A stretch of 64,000 nucleotides of DNA from Eledone cirrhosa (lineage: Eukaryota), in the NCBI GenBank assembly GCA_964016885.1, contig CAXHJY010000192.1, positions 1-64,000 on the forward strand, written 5' to 3'. This document shows positions 61,808 to 64,000 of the stretch, piece by piece. The notes beneath the pieces were generated by a model. It ran no database searches and was not told where the DNA came from. It saw only the letters and a list, made by a program, of their open reading frames with translations. Both the position numbers and the translations under genes were made by a program. Position 1 is the stretch's first letter. Every line of letters starts with the position of its first letter.

Positions 61808-62195
61808 GAAGGCGCATGGCTCAGTGGTTAGAGCATTGGGCTTGCAATCAAAAGGTTGTGAGTTCAATTCTCGGATCGGGTGATGTATTGTTTCCTTGAG
61901 CAAGACACTATATTTCACATTGCTCCAGTTTACTCAGCTGTAGAAATGAGATGATAGGGACTGGAGTCCCTATCATTCCACTGCAAAGTGGTCGTGGAGG
62001 TTCCACGGCAAAAAAGCACCCAGCACTCACTGTAAATGAGGTTGGTGTTAGGAAGGGCATCCAACTGTAGAAACCAAGCCAGAATCAGTTCCATATAAGC
62101 AAGGCATGGTCACCTGATCTGGCATTGCCCACAACAGGACAACCTGTCTAACCCATGCTAGCGTGGAAGAATGGACGTAAAACGTTGATGATAAT
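61808..62195 (+). mobile_element. Full-length tRNA-derived CORE-type SINE, tail type A
   Basis: A box TGGCTCAGTGG, B box GAGTTCAATTC, CORE, 48-bp modules, GGACGTAAAACGTTGATGATAATG tail. Confidence 0.9.
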
Positions 62196-62687
62196 GTGAG
62201 ACTTGGTATTTGGTGTTTTTGCAATGTCTGGTAACGAAAAAAATTCTAAAAGCGGTCATCGCAGGCCACTCTGACTGGTCTGGTGGGCCAGATTGTGGCC
62301 CGTTGCACGCCCCTGATCTAAACTGGTTGTATTTCTTATTCTTGGAATTATAGACAGTACTAGTAATTATTACTAAACCATGATATTACGTGGGGGGGGG
62401 GGGGGCATGTGGCCTAGTGGTAAGGGTGTTGGACTTAGGATTCCTGGTCTGAATTATTTGTTGTGTTCTAGAGCCAAACAAAGGATCGACAGGACCCTCC
62501 AGTAGTGTCAAAGACGTGACAACCTCTCCTCTGCACTTGGTATCTATAGTTGTTGTGGTATAAGTAGGGCCACTGCCTTCGGTCATTTTTCTTGGTGTCA
62601 CACTTTATTAAACTGTTGTGTTTTACTCAGGACAATAATCTATTAACATATCGCTCCATCCCGTTCTTTGTGATTGCCTCAAAAAAT

Positions 62688-63044
62688 CGAAAGGTTGTGA
62701 GTTCAATTCTCAGACCGGGTGATGTGTTGTTTCCTTGAGCAAGACACTTTATTTCAGTTTACTCAGCTGCAGAAATGAGATGATAGGGACTGCGGTCCAT
62801 ATAATTCCACTGCAAAGTGGTCGTGGAGGTGCCACGGCAAAAAAGCACCCAGCACTCACTGTAAAGTGAGGTTGGTGTTAGGAAGGGCATCCAGCTGTAG
62901 AAATGAAGCCAGAATCAGTTCCCATCCCACCCTTGCAAGCAGCAAAAAAGCGGATGTAAAATGAAATGAAATGATGAAATGATGATATATATCATCATCA
63001 TCATCATCATTTTACGTCCGCTTTTCCCTGCTTGCAAGGGTGGG

Positions 63045-63045
<1 letters not shown>
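62688..63045 (+). mobile_element. Same SINE body with tail type B, followed by an inverted tail-only copy (62991-63045)
   Basis: Collinear with 61850-62090, then CCCACCCTTGCAAGCAG...GCGGATGTAAAATGA. Confidence 0.88.
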
Positions 63046-63082
<37 letters not shown>

Positions 63083-64000
63083 GTGGTAAAATGTAATGTA
63101 TCCTAGTTGGATAGTTCATTGACATAGACGTGAGGGAAGGTCCCTCGTCTATTTACCATTTTGTGTTTGTGAGAATTATAACAAAGTCAGTGAGTGTGTG
63201 CGCAAACAAGACAATAACCACAACGAGAGTTAAATTCAACAATTGTAAATAATGGTGATTTATTTATACTACAAATGGAACGTACCAAATGTTGACGTGG
63301 TGAGTTGTGGTGAAAGGAACGTATTACCATTACAAAAGTATTGTGGGGTTTATTGTTTGCTGTTCCCTTGGCTGCTTTCTGTGGCGTGGTACAGAGGCTG
63401 TTTTCTGGCATGTGATCAGTCTGCTTTCTAGTGGATGTCTGTTTACTTCTCATGTTCTCAACCAGCGGGAGATAACTATGGTTGTTCTATTATCCTGGCA
63501 GGAGGCGTGAGGCGTCTTACTACAGTATCCCCTGCCAGATTTTCAAATCATCGAAAATCGATGTCATTACTCACATGTGGAGTAAGATGGCGAACAATGC
63601 AACAAGGGGGAGCTATTCGCTCTACCAAACGTTGAATCCAGAATAAGTATTTGAAAAATGTTTAAAAAAAACAACATGCATGCATAAAAAACAAGGCAAA
63701 GAAAAAGCAGAAACACAGAGGCAAAAAAAAAAAAAAAAGGGTTAGCTAACATAGTCTAAATATAGACGGTGCTGCAAAATCCAATACACAGGAGATTCTT
63801 CCAAAGCATATCCTACATTTTATGGTCCGATATTGCCAGAAGTACTTAATGTTTGATATTAATAAGGATTTGCTCCAATACGATTTCTTGAAGACAAGAC
63901 AGTCAGCGGGTCCTGCCGATTTTTTTTGTAATTAATGAAGACTCTAGCTTCCCGACCCCAACTGCGGCCGATTCAACACCCAGTAATCACCATGGTCTTC

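Noticed and set aside
61808-61880. tRNA genes suggested by A/B boxes
   Set aside because: These are SINE heads that continue into CORE or Meta-like bodies, with no acceptor stem or poly-T terminator.

Overview
Repeat-saturated, AT-rich animal genomic DNA. The SINE/LINE/microsatellite make-up suggests a coleoid cephalopod such as octopus (inference). One host gene is supported: a 6-coding-exon PAQR3-like gene on the minus strand (53055-52748, 35104-34942, 30039-29887, 21634-21431, 20510-20420, 15081-14942; about 352 aa, all introns GT-AG with compatible phases). The rest is multi-kb (TA)n-derived microsatellite, 5'-truncated LINEs (R4/Dong-type inside (TAA)n, RTE, CR1-like), two tRNA-derived SINE superfamilies, MITEs, and many minisatellites amplified from pieces of those elements. 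The most interesting signal is a dispersed set of type-I hammerhead-ribozyme motifs (CUGANGA...GAAA...NUH with stems I/II/III). They belong to several unrelated families, often lie in fold-back elements embedded in (TA)n as expected for Penelope-like remnants, and two are sense within PAQR3 introns. Also notable are degenerate copies of the exon-1 donor junction, an ATG-bearing minisatellite abutting the start codon, and recurrent satellite birth from the same TE modules. Nearly all long ORFs in the supplied track are microsatellite artefacts. All calls were made by eye; no searches or folding programs were run.
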